Positions 1-10,769 of a DNA stretch of 34,067 bases are shown piece by piece. This DNA comes from Octopus bimaculoides. Lineage: Eukaryota. A program made the position numbers and the translations under genes. Numbering within the stretch: position 1 is the stretch's first letter; every line of letters begins with the position of its first letter. Location of the stretch: positions 31,688,846 through 31,722,912 of the forward strand of contig NC_068989.1 of NCBI RefSeq assembly GCF_001194135.2, given 5' to 3'. Below the pieces are notes generated by a model. That model was not told the DNA's origin. It did no database searches and saw only the letters and a program-made list of their open reading frames with translations.

Positions 1-159
1 GGGACTATTTATGATGCACACTGAATTGAATTCATTAGGGCGAGAGATTTTGAACTCACTGGCCGATAAATTTCTTAACGTCTTCCTCACGTGGTGGTAT
101 TGATGTCGCATGGTCAAAATTAACGTGAGTTATTTAGACATTAACAAATTTATTAGAAT

Positions 160-221
160 ATTTAGCTGAAGATCAGAATAGAGTATTCTTTACTCTTAAC
201 TGTGAAACGATCGTACTAAAT
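160..221 (+). ncRNA. Minimal type I hammerhead ribozyme motif (Penelope pLTR-type)
   Basis: ATTTAG-CTGAAGA(166-172)-helix II (CAG/CTG plus AGAGTA/TACTCT)-GAAAC(204-208)-GATC-GTA(213-215)-CTAAAT. Helix I is a perfect 6 bp and loop 3 is palindromic. The first helix II pair is a T/T mismatch. Confidence 0.7.
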
Positions 222-510
222 TAACTAAAGGCAGGTGGTTTTTTTACTCTTCTCTACTGTTTTTTGTTCTATGTGTATCAAAAATATCGCTATCAATTTA
301 GAGTAATAATTTGTAGTTTTGGAATCAGTAGTTCTTTGGCTGCTATTTCTGAATTCCATTGTCACTCTAACTTCTTATGGAATAACTTCTAAAGTACAAA
401 ATTTTGTCAAAAACATTAAGAGTAAACCCTGTTCTATGTGACACATTCTACCAGTATCAGAAGTTTGAAAGTGTTTAGTTTAAAAAAATTAATGAAATAA
501 TCTGTACATC

Positions 511-606
511 AAAGTCGACCTGGGCGAAATTTGAACTCAAAAATGTAGACAGACAAAATACCATTAAGCATTTTGCCCAGCACGCTAACGTTTCTACCAG
601 CTCACC
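511..606 (-). mobile_element. tRNA-derived SINE, 5' part (same family as 30531-30746)
   Basis: The reverse complement GGTGAGCTGGTAGAAACGTTAGC...TGAGTTCAAATTTCGCCCAGGTCGACTTT aligns by eye to the head of the SINE at 30531. Confidence 0.75.
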
Positions 607-1061
607 AGCTTAGAAAGTAAACTTTCATTTTAGAAATATATTCTTTATTCTTATTGCTGATGCATTACTCCCTTACTTCTTTACTTATTGACATAAAATT
701 CCGTAATATTTTACTTCATAACTGTTTTTCTACTAATTTTTGTTCAATGCAGCTAATGATTCTGAATTCCTCATGCATTCTTCTAATACTGAACCCCTTG
801 AGGTTGCAGATATTTTGATGTAACTTTTTTTCTACTGAACCAAATCTCAAACTATATATTCCAAAGTGTAGCTGAGGAGATGTACTCTTTAAAACTATTA
901 ACAGTTCACAATTTAGTTGAGAACTGAATTAGTGGTGAAGCATGGAAGCTGCTGTGATTGACGAAATGGTGGACTTAAGAATATATTCAACCATGGTAGT
1001 GGTTCAATGATACACACACACACACATATATACATACATATACATATGTATATGTACATAC

Positions 1062-1222
1062 ATATATAATTGTTAAAGAGGACAACAAATGTTAAGACAA
1101 GGCAAACATCTCGAGCCCAGAAACAGCTGTAAGACTGAATTTTTTTCCAATAATAATAATGTATATGGCTTGAGATGTTTGCTTTGTCTTAACATTTGTT
1201 GTCCTCTTTAACAATTATATAT
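1062..1222. repeat. Fold-back element: 56-bp inverted arms around a 49-nt loop
   Basis: 1062-1117 is the reverse complement of 1167-1222 with 2 mismatches. The loop contains GAAAC-AGCT-GTA-AGACT. Confidence 0.9.
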
Positions 1223-1355
1223 TCGCTATATCGCATATCTGCAAATGGCTCCATAACTACCGTCTCAGCTATAACCTTGGAGCTCTAGTAATCCATTACA
1301 GCACGTACCTAGCATGCCTAATCGTTTAGATCACCTGTGAACTAAACCCCCATAT

Positions 1356-1608
1356 TATATATATATATATATATATATATNNNNNNNNNNNNNNNNNNNN
1401 NNNNNNNNNNNNNNNNNNNNNNNNNNNNNNNNNNNNNNNNNNNNNNNNNNNNNNNNNNNNNNNNNNNNNNNNNNNNNNNNNNNNNNNNNNNNNNNNNNNN
1501 NNNNNNNNNNNNNNNNNNNNNNNNNNNNNNNNNNNNNNNNNNNNNNNNNNNNNNNNNNNNNNNNNNNNNNNNNNNNNNNNNNNNNNNNNNNNNNNNNNNN
1601 NNNNNNNN

Positions 1609-1649
<41 letters not shown>

Positions 1650-1690
1650 TATATACATATACATACATATACATATATACATATCTATAT
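1356..1690. repeat. (TA)n/(TACA)n microsatellite spanning an assembly gap
   Basis: TA repeats on both sides of the N run at 1381-1608. Confidence 0.95.
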
Positions 1691-1999
1691 CTCTCTCTTC
1701 CTTTACTCAACCATATCATTTATACTCTAATCCCCGTTCCTTGTGAGGATGCCCGGCATTTTGCCACCATCTCCAACTTGCGGTCTCGCACTCTCTTTCT
1801 CTCTTCTTCTTTCTCCTTCTGCACTTCACTCAGGTTGGGCAACCATGTATTTTCTTTGCGGTAGCACACCTGTTTCAGTCTTCATTTCTGATCTTTCTCT
1901 CTCCGATCAGGTAACCTTGTACTTACTCTTCAGCAAGACACCTATATCTGTCTTACTATAACCTTTTCATCATCACCTCTTCCCTTCTTAAAAGTTTTT

Positions 2000-2345
2000 G
2001 TCTTGTAAGTACTTGGTGACACTGTCAGTGCAGGTGCCACTTAAAAGCAGCCAGTCCACGCTGTAAAGTGGTTGGTGTTCAGAAGGGCAACTAGCTGTAA
2101 AAACCTTGCCAAAACTGACCTCACCTGTGCTTGTGCCAGGTAAAAAGCACTACTCACACTGCCTGTGCTTGTGCCACATAAAAAGTACTAAGTCTACTCT
2201 ACTGAGTGGTTGGTGTTAGGAAGGGCATCTAGCTGTAAAAATCCTGCTAAAACAGTCACAGAAATCTGGTGCAGGCTTCGGCTAGGCCGGCTCTTGTGGT
2301 ACCGTTCCACCCATGCTACCATGGAACACGGACATTATGATGATG

Positions 2346-2350
<5 letters not shown>
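2000..2350 (+). mobile_element. RTE-3'-tail repeat (SINE or 5'-truncated LINE) with internal duplications
   Basis: GTGGTTGGTGTT(A/C)(G/A)GAAGGGCA.CTAGCTGTAAAAA occurs twice. It ends CCCATGCTACCATGGAACACGGACATTATGATGATGAT, homologous to the tail at 5236-5400 in the opposite orientation. Confidence 0.75.
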
Positions 2351-2376
<26 letters not shown>

Positions 2377-2392
2377 CATACATACATATATG

Positions 2393-5235
2393 GTTGTTGT
2401 CTACTCCTTATAGAGTTTGACTACCTCCTGTACCTAAACCTTAGCACCATCATGGTATCTGATGTGGCTTTTTAAACCAGACAATGTTCTGAAAAGACAC
2501 CCACATAGATTGCACCTCTGATTTGGACCACCAATACCCGCAGATAAGTTCTGCTCTTTGTGAGTCTTAGCATGTCTTTTGAGGCCTCCGTTGGACTTGC
2601 AAACCTTCTGGCATACACTGCATTCAAAGGAGTGCACAGACATATAGTCAGAATAGTTGGTGGAGGTTCGTTTTCCATGCATTCACAGATGAAATTTGAG
2701 GCCAGCCAAAGACAGGCATGGTCTGTCACAGACTGTGCACACAAAAAGGTCATTGTCATTCACCTTCTCGGTCGTTACATTCTTCCTTAGATCTCTTTTG
2801 AGTCTTACTTGCATTATCCTGGCCTCTTCAAATGCTTTTACTCCACTCCACACCTTTGTTTGCCACCCAACTTGATCCGAAGCAAGTGTATATATATCTT
2901 CTGGAATTATTTCAAGTGACTTCATAGTCGTCCTTATGCCGTACTTAAACCTTTTTTTAGGTTTACACTGATAGCATTTCCCCTCTGCAAGCTCACCATT
3001 AAACAGCTATTTGGGCATGTGTTCATCTGCCATTCGAACAATATGGCCACACCATCTCAATTGGTTCCTCAAAAGCATAGCTTTAATTGAGGTGATGCCT
3101 GCAGATGCAAGGACATCTGTGTTTGGAATAAAAGAACTCCATTTAATTTTTAAAATGGAATGAAGGCATTTTTGGTGGAATTGTTCTAACAGTTTAAAAT
3201 GCCTTTCATAACAAGTCCAAGTTTCACAGGAATACAGCAGAGATGGCAAGACAAATGATTTGTAAAAACCAGCTTTGTGTTCTTCTTTACATGCTGCTGG
3301 CACCAAATGCATGACTCCAAGCCACCAAATGTTTTTGCTGCCCTTTGAATTTGCAGCTGTATTTCTATATCAAGATTTCCATCATTTTGAACAGAGCTTC
3401 CAAGGTAGATGAACGAATCGACAACCTTGAGTAACTTTCCCTTAACAAAAATTTCAGTGGGGTTACAAACACCACCACATGCAGGTTGGTGCATTACAAC
3501 TGTTTTTTTACAAGTTGATGGTCAAGCCAAAATCATCACAAACTGAGTCAAATGCAGATACAAGAGATTGTAGACCTGTTTCAGAATGACTGACAAGATC
3601 GCAATCGTCAGCATACAAAAGTTCCCTAATGAGTGAAATAAAAACCTTCGTTTTGAATTTCAGTCTGGTCAGATTAAAAACATTTCCTATTGTTTGATAT
3701 TTTATGTAAATACCCTCTTCAGAGTTTTGGAAAGCATGACAATACAACAGCAAAGTATATTGCAAAGAGGGTGGGTGCATCAAGGTCTCCTTGGTTTACT
3801 CCATTTTCCACAGCAAAAAATTCAGAAAGCCTGCTACCAAAATTAACTCTAGCTTTCATATTTTGATGCAAAGCCCTAACCATGTTTACAAATTTTTCTG
3901 GGCAATTTCAATTAACAATATCGAATGTTTTGCTCAAATCAACAAAGCAATGTTATAGAGCAAGATTCTGTTCAATGTACTTTTCTTGTAATTGTCTAAC
4001 AGTAAAGATACAATCAGCTGTGCCCCTGGAGGAACGAAAACCACACTGAGACTCAGACACTATATTTGGAACTATAAAGGTATTTAAACGTTCTAACAAA
4101 ATGCAGGAAAATACCTTTCCAACCACAGACAAAAGCGAAATCCCACGAAAATTGCCACACAGATCATTTGGCCCCGATTTATACAAGGAGACTAAAATGG
4201 CATCAATCCAGTCTTGAGGCACTTTCTCAGTTCTCCAACAGTGACAGATTAATATATTTAAGAGTTCAAACATTTTGTCACCCCCATATTTCAAGACTTC
4301 TGCACAGATTCCATCAGTCCCTAGAGACTTATTGTTATTCAGTTTATTCATACCTAAATAAATGTCATTTAGAGTTGGTTCAAATACCATCTCTTCTATA
4401 ACTGGAAGGTGTTCAATTTTTTTCTATCGTCCTCATGTCAATGGATGATGGTCTATTCAAAAGTGCAGAAAAATGTTCTACCCAATACTTATGAATTGAA
4501 GCGGTGTCAGCCAGAAAAAAACGTCCATTTGCTGTTCTCATTGTAACTATTGAGGGAGATTTTGGGCCATATACCTGCTTAACATAAGAGTACAAACCCT
4601 TGGCATCATTTCTATCAGCTGCTTCTTGTGCCCCTTTTGCTCTATCACTCCACCATTCCTGTTTAATTTTCCTTAGAGCAGTCTACACTTTCCTTTTCAG
4701 CTTTCTGTAAGTTTCATTTGAGTTGGGATTCAAGGACTGAAAAAGAAGTGTATTGCCTAAGTTTTGTTTTTCTAAAAGTAGATCATGAATTTCTGCTGAT
4801 CTATCTGAGAACTAGTTACTGGATTTATGAGATTTAAATCCCAGTGACGAACGTGCAGCCTGAAATACTTTTGTTTTGAAATTTTCCCATAGGTTGCTTG
4901 GGTTAAGATTGATACTTTCTATAGCACTGTGGAATCTTTGCAAGATGCTTGATAATTTAAAGTTTGCAACATTTAACTTTTTGGGTACCTTAGGACCAGA
5001 CTGTTGATTTTGAGGCATTATCAAAAAATCTATTTTTCCACGCACTAGATGATGGTCAGTCCAGCTCTCTGCCGCTCTCATGACCTGAACACTAGAAACG
5101 TCTTTCATATCATGTTTCCTGATCAGAATATAATCTATAAGATGTCGGTACTTAGATCTTGAGTGCATCCAGGTGGTTTTATTTATTTTTCTGCTTAAAC
5201 AGAGTGTTGGTGACAACCAGATTATTCTCAGTACA
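2393..5235 (-). mobile_element. RTE-clade LINE (RTE-1), 3' part: APE C-half, RT, thumb, C-terminal zinc fingers; decayed by stops and frameshifts
   Basis: ORF fragments KTTWMHSRSKYRHLIDYIL (APE), NFRGISLLSVVGKVF, QCGFRSSRGTADCIF, LLYADDCDL (RT), YLGS, LLYSCETW, QLRWCGHIVRM. Short 3' UTR ending ACAACAAC. Confidence 0.95.
2434..2745 (-). pseudogene. Three tandem C2H2 zinc fingers at the C-terminus of the RTE-1 ORF
   Basis: One reading frame: CTVC..HL*MH, CSVC..HAKTH, CNLC..HIRYH. The single TGA at 2683-2685 fits CGA>TGA decay. The frame continues from the RT thumb through one more stop at 3007-3009. Confidence 0.9.
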
Positions 5236-7378
5236 TCATCATCATCGTTTAACGTCCGCTTTCCATGCTAGCATGGGTTGGACGATTTGACTGAGGACTG
5301 GTGATCCAGATGGCTACACCAGGCTCCAATCTGATTTGGCAGAGTTTCTACAGCTGGATGCCCTTCCTAACGCCAACCACTCCAAGAGTGTAGTGGGTGC
5401 TTTTACATGCCACTGGCACAAAAGCCAGTCAGGCTGTACTGGCAAAGGCCACGCTCAAAATGGTATATTTTACATGCCACCTGCACAGGAGCCAGTCCAG
5501 CGGCACTGGCAACGATCTCACTCGAATGACATTTCACGTGCCACCTGCACAATTGCCAGGTACGCGAAGCTGCGGCACAAGTGAAAGGTGGTGCCNNNNN
5601 NNNNNNNNNNNNNNNNNNNNNNNNNNNNNNNNNNNNNNNNNNNNNNNNNNNNNNNNNNNNNNNNNNNNNNNNNNNNNNNNNNNNNNNNNNNNNNNNNNNN
5701 NNNNNNNNNNNNNNNNNNNNNNNNNNNNNNNNNNNNNNNNNCTTTCGCTTGACTAAACAGGTCCTCGCAAGCAGGGTTTAGTGTCCAGTGGAGGAGACGT
5801 TGGCATGGGGGCCAGTAGTCAAATTTAGTTCGATTTTGATTTCACTTGCCTCAACAGGTCTTCGCAAGCAGAGTACACATAAGTGGGCTGGCTACATCCC
5901 TGGCAGAGGCCTTGGATTTAGGTCTCACTTGGCTTACCGGGTCTTCTCACACACAGCATATTTCCAAAGGTCTCGGTCAGAAGTCATTGCCTCGGTGAGG
6001 CCTAATGTTCGAAGGTCGTGTCTCACCACCTCATCCCAGGTCTTCCTGGGCCTACCTCTCCCACAGGTAACCTCAACTGCTAGGGTGTGGCACTTTTTCA
6101 CACAGCTATCCTCATCCATCCTCGCCACATGACCATACCACTGCGATTGTCTTTCTTGCACACCACAACTGATGCTTCTTAGGTTCAACTTTTCTCCCAA
6201 GGTACTTACACTCTGTCGAGTATGCACACTGACATTACACATCCATCGGAGCATACTGGCTTCATTCCTTTCGAGCTTACGCATGTCCTCAGCAGTCATG
6301 GCCCATGTTTCACTGCCATGTTTCATGGCTGTTTGTACACATGCCTCATACAGTCTACCTTTTACTCTGAATGAGAGGCCCCTTGTCACCAGCAGAGGTA
6401 AGAGCTCTCTGAACTTTGCCCGGGTTATTCTTATTCTAGCAGCTACACTTTCAGCGCACCCTCCCCCACTACTAACTTGGTCACCTAGATAGCGGAAGCT
6501 ATCAACTACATCTAGTTTTTCTCTATGGAATGTGGCAGAAGTTGTTTTCTGCACATTTNNNNNNNNNNNNNNNNNNNNNNNNNNNNNNNNNNNNNNNNNN
6601 NNNNNNNNNNNNNNNNNNNNNNNNNNNNNNNNNNNNNNNNNNNNNNNNNNNNNNNNNNNNNNNNNNNNNNNNNNNNNNNNNNNNNNNNNNNNNNNNNNNN
6701 NNNNNNNNNNNNNNNNNNNNNNNNNNNNNNNNNNNNNNNNNNNNNNNNNNNNNNNNNNNNNNNNNNNNNNNNNNNNNNNNNNNNNNNNNNNNNNNNNNNN
6801 NNNNNNNNNNNNNNNNNNNNNNNNNNNNNNNNNNNNNNNNNNNNNNNNNNNNNNNNNNNNNNNNNNNNNNNNNNNNNNNNNNNNNNNNNNNNNNNNNNNN
6901 NNNNNNNNNNNNNNNNNNNNNNNNNNNNNNNNNNNNNNNNNNNNNNNNNNNNNNNNNNNNNNNNNNNNNNNNNNNNNNNNNNNNNNNNNNNNNNNNNNNN
7001 NNNNNNNNNNNNNNNNNNNNNNNNNNNNNNNNNNNNNNNNNNNCATCTAATTAGTTGGGCTATGACCCTCTCTGTGACCTTCATTACCTGATCCAACAAC
7101 TTGATACCTCTGTAATTATTTGTATCTAAAGCGTCATCTTTACCTTTGTAGCAGTTGACTATGGTGCTGCTACACCAGTCATTGGGTAGGACTCCATGTA
7201 TCACCTGGTTGACAATACGGGTGACTAGGCTATAGACGACACTGCCAGATATTTTGAGCATCTCTGCAGTGATTCCTGATGGGCCAGAGGCTTTCCTTGT
7301 CTTCATACTCTTAATTGCTTTATCTACCATGGTACTGTCAACTCGGATAGCTGGTCCCTCTGTTGGGTCGACGTTCAG
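5236..7378 (-). mobile_element. RTE-clade LINE (RTE-2), 5'-truncated, inserted in the APE domain of RTE-1
   Basis: KASGPSGITAEMLK, NYRGIKLLDQVMKV, DSFRYLGDQVSSGGG, HGSETW, QWYGHVARM, GRGRPRKTW. About 700-bp 3' UTR ending in (GAT)n. The RT core lies in the gap at 6559-7043. Confidence 0.95.
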
Positions 7379-8050
7379 CAGACTAAGAGAGCTACTCCAT
7401 TCTTTTTGCATTTTCGAATCCCATGTCGACCTAAAACAGGCCATGAAACATAGTTCTTTCCAACTCTTGCATTGAAATCTCCCAATATGACCAGCTTCTC
7501 AGAAATTGGTACTTTCCTCAATAATCGTGCTAGATCATCATGAAACTGTCCTACAGTTTCATCAGAATGGGACGTTGTTGGTGCATAAATACTGACGACG
7601 GTAAGAAACCTACCTTTTGTCAGTTTAATACGGCATGACATGATCCGTTCAGATATANNNNNNNNNNGTAAGAAACCTACCTTTTGTCAGTTTAATACGG
7701 CATGACATGATCCGTTCAGATATACCACTTGAAAGCTCTGCAATGGAGGATACTAATGTATTCTTGAGAGCAAACACAACACCAGATTCTCTATGCTGAC
7801 CTTTAGGTAGGCCTCTCGAAAAGATAGTGTATCCATAAGTAAGTTCATTTACTGGCCCCCACCAGAAAGACAGGTTTTAGAGAGTGCAACTATATCAAGG
7901 GAATATTTCTTGAGCTCACATGCAATAAGTGCAGTACATCTTTCTGGCCTCTTGTTGAAATTATCATCAAGAAGTGTGCACACATTCCAACAACCGAAAT
8001 TCAAGGGATGTTTATTTTTACTTTTTCTTGAAGATTGGTAAGTACAAATA
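7379..8050 (-). mobile_element. RTE-1 5' part (APE endonuclease N-half)
   Basis: LNFGCWNVCTLLD, TVVSIYAPT, LVILGDFNARVG. Removing RTE-2 rejoins SL-CTENNLVVTNTLF in frame with 5235. Confidence 0.9.
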
Positions 8051-8156
8051 ATAGATTAATAATGTGCAGTGTACAATGTATTGGGTACTTGTCAAAAATA
8101 AAAGTTTTTCCTGTTATATATATATATATAATATGTATATATATATATATATATAT

Positions 8157-8466
8157 CATCATCATCATCGTTTAACATCAGCTTTCCATGCTAGCATGGG
8201 TTGGACAATTTGACTGAGGACTGGTGAACGAGATGGCTACACCAGGCTCCAATCTAATTTGGCAGAGTTTCTACAGTTGGATGCCCTTCCTAACGCCAAC
8301 CACTCCGAGAGTGTAGTGGGTGCTTTTACGTGCCACCGGCACGAAGGCCAGTCAGGTAGTACTGGCAACAGCCACGCTCAAAATGGTGTATTTTACGTGC
8401 CACCTGCACAGGAGCCAGTCCAGCGGCACTGGCAACGATTTCGCTCGAATGTCTTTACACGTGCCA
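8157..8466 (-). mobile_element. Short copy of the RTE-2 3' tail (SINE or truncated LINE) within (TA)n
   Basis: Closely matches 5236-5545 and has a (CAT)n tail on the + strand. Confidence 0.9.
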
Positions 8467-8760
8467 GGAAGGCAATACTGTATGGCAGTAAAACATGTAA
8501 ACAATGCAGATAATTCACACCAATTGGATAGGAATAGGTTGAGTATAGTTTTATTGATTGTGCAATGTACCCTTGTAGGAAAAGTAGAAAAATCAGTAAA
8601 AAAAAATTGTAAGCATGAAAAGTGAACAGACTGGACATGCTGAGTATTAAAGTGCTCTATGAATGGAGTGAAATATAACTCATAATAGAAGTAGACTTGT
8701 GAAGTGGTTACATCAGATATGAGAATACCAGATCTTAAAGATGAAATGACATGAAATTGA
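8467..8760 (+). mobile_element. Old RTE LINE C-terminal remnant
   Basis: KAILYGSK and later RL.WF resemble the LYGSETW...RLRWFGHV region; heavily decayed. Confidence 0.4.
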
Positions 8761-9554
8761 GACAACTGAAGATTCTTTTCTGTAGGCTCATTAGAAATAT
8801 TATAACATAGAACACAGATATGAAAACAATGTTGAGAGGATAAAGAGAAGCTTGGTAAATTATGTATATTAGTTTGGTGCACTTATACTGTGATACTGGT
8901 CAAATTATCAATAAATAAGTTTTACATAAAATCTACCATATATATACTATTAATTTCTGGTATCTGCATTTCTTCATATCTTAATATTATACAATGTTAA
9001 ATTTACAGTCATCTCCAGCAAATAAATAGCTTTCTTATACAAGATATATTGAAACTAGAGAGCAAATAACTGTAATTCATCAAACAATATAAATATAGTA
9101 TTTGGGAACAGCAATATTTAGAAATGCACAATTTAATGCTAGTTTGAGATGTTCTAGTTTTGGACTTTAGACAACAAAGGGAATTCTGATACAGCATGGC
9201 ACTCATTCAAGTGCCATGCTGTATTTAAAAAAATTTAGAAAACCAAAATCTTGAATAGTTTGGTACTTTCTGAGTAACTATCAAAAAACAAAATGAGATG
9301 TAAATATATTTTAAATAGATTACATTTATGCCATTGTAACAAAACATTGTTAAACCAAATTTTTTTTCTGACGAAAGACAAGTCCCATATAATAATGAAA
9401 GCATACAGTACAATAGTTGGATAAACCTGAGACCTAAAATGTGTACCAATAATTATTTTAAGAAGGAGAGACAAGGAATTAGTTGGTACAATTTGCTTTT
9501 GATAATGCTGAATTTACCAATGAAAAAAAAATAGTCCATAGTAAAATGACTTCA

Positions 9555-10450
9555 TTTTTCCTTTCCAAAACTAATGCAGCATTGACAAAATCCTTTGGGT
9601 GGAAATGACGTCATCCTTCCTGTGCATGCATAAGCATTTACATGACAGTAGGTGACATCAATTCTTGGCTCTTATGCCTAGAGTACAGAGATGTAGTGCA
9701 TGCTTGTTGAATTTTCGTTTTCACGCAAGATGACCAAACGCATTGAGCAGAGACCATAAACCCATGTCTCATCACCAGTGATGATGGTCTTCATGAAATC
9801 TGGGTTGCAGTTTTCCCAGTCAAGTATGTTTTGAGCAATTACCATGCAGAGTTGCTTTTGCTGCTCTGCCAGCACCTTGGGGGATGAATTTCACCAACAA
9901 TCTCTGCATGCACAAATCCTCTGTTAAAATGGAATGCACTGGTCCTGTGCTTATTCCCACTTTGTGAGAAATTTTCTGATTTGTTACATGATGGTCTTCC
10001 ATGACTATTCATCAAACCTTCTCAATTGGTTCCTCATTTCAGCTTGTGGATGACCTGCCTGAGCATGCTTCACTCTTCACTGAAGTATGACCATGTTCGA
10101 AGTGGTTGTACCACTTTTTAATCTAAGTTTTGCTTATGGCATTGTTGCCAAAGGCCTGCTGAATCTTCTGGATGATTTGAACTTGAGTATTACCAAGCTT
10201 TTGGCAAAACTTGATGTGATATCTCTGCTCGATGTGTTCACTGAAAACAAAAATCTGATAAGTGTGCACTACACATTTATACTTTAGGTATAGCAGCCAT
10301 GGGTAAGTGCAACCTACTGGTGCAAAAATTCTCAAGCATGTGCAAGAAGGGTGGTGTCACCCCACCATCCCCCATATAAAGAATCTTGTGCACACAGCAT
10401 TAGTTTTTGGAGAGAAAAAATAGTCAGATACTTTTTGAATGCACTTCATA
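9555..10450 (-). mobile_element. mariner transposon remnant with an inverted second 5' end
   Basis: Minus strand: IEQRYHIKFCQKLG...IITGDETWVYG, then the ORF stops. TIR-like TATGAAGTGCATTCAAAAAGTATC at 10450. 9555-9753 (+) is homologous to the reverse complement of 10222-10420 and includes MTKRIEQR. Confidence 0.85.
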
Positions 10451-10649
10451 TTTAAAGAGTGCTTTAAATTTGCCTGAGATAAACATTAATGAGTGTTTAA
10501 TTGATTGATGTTTTATAGAAGTATATAATGCAAGATCAATGTTTATCAACAATTGCTTTTGTAACTAAGATTGTATAACCATCCCATCATAAAGAAATAA
10601 GTTGTTAGTCATTATATAGCACTAGTGGTGGTATTAATCAAAATTATAC

Positions 10650-10769
10650 CTTAGAGGTTAAAGCATCCTGATGGCTAGTTTCAATTTTGTCAAGTTTTTC
10701 TTTCCATATATTTTCTTGTTCTTGAATAGCAGTTTTTACTTTTTCTTCTAGAGCTTTCTCATGTTCTTC
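10650..10769 (-). CDS. GOLGA4: GOLGA4-like coiled-coil gene, exon C (EEHEKALEEKVKTAIQEQENIWKEKLDKIETSHQDALTSK)
   Basis: 120 nt, open, phase 0-0. Acceptor ttcgttttccag, donor gtataa. E/K-rich and in frame after exon B. Assignment rests on position and frame; direct similarity is weak. Confidence 0.75.

Noticed and set aside
700-835. Minus-strand E/K-rich reading (EKKLHQN...EQKLVEKQL) as the next GOLGA4 exon
   Set aside because: Wrong phase after exon C, every frame hits a stop, and there is no good donor.
850-1010. Possible Penelope endonuclease C-terminal remnant (EEMYSLKLL...RTELVVKH)
   Set aside because: Too short and too decayed to support without an alignment.
1860-1945. Minus-strand CTGAAGA...GAAAC-AGGT-GT hammerhead-like spacing
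   Set aside because: No helix I pairing, non-palindromic loop and GUG at the cleavage position.
7601-7724. 57-bp exact direct repeat flanking 10 Ns
   Set aside because: Identical sequence on both sides of a fixed 10-N gap indicates overlapping contig ends, an assembly artefact.
9189-9260. Hairpin as a Helitron 3' end or a pre-miRNA
   Set aside because: No CTRR|T at the expected distance on either strand, and the stem is too short for a pre-miRNA.
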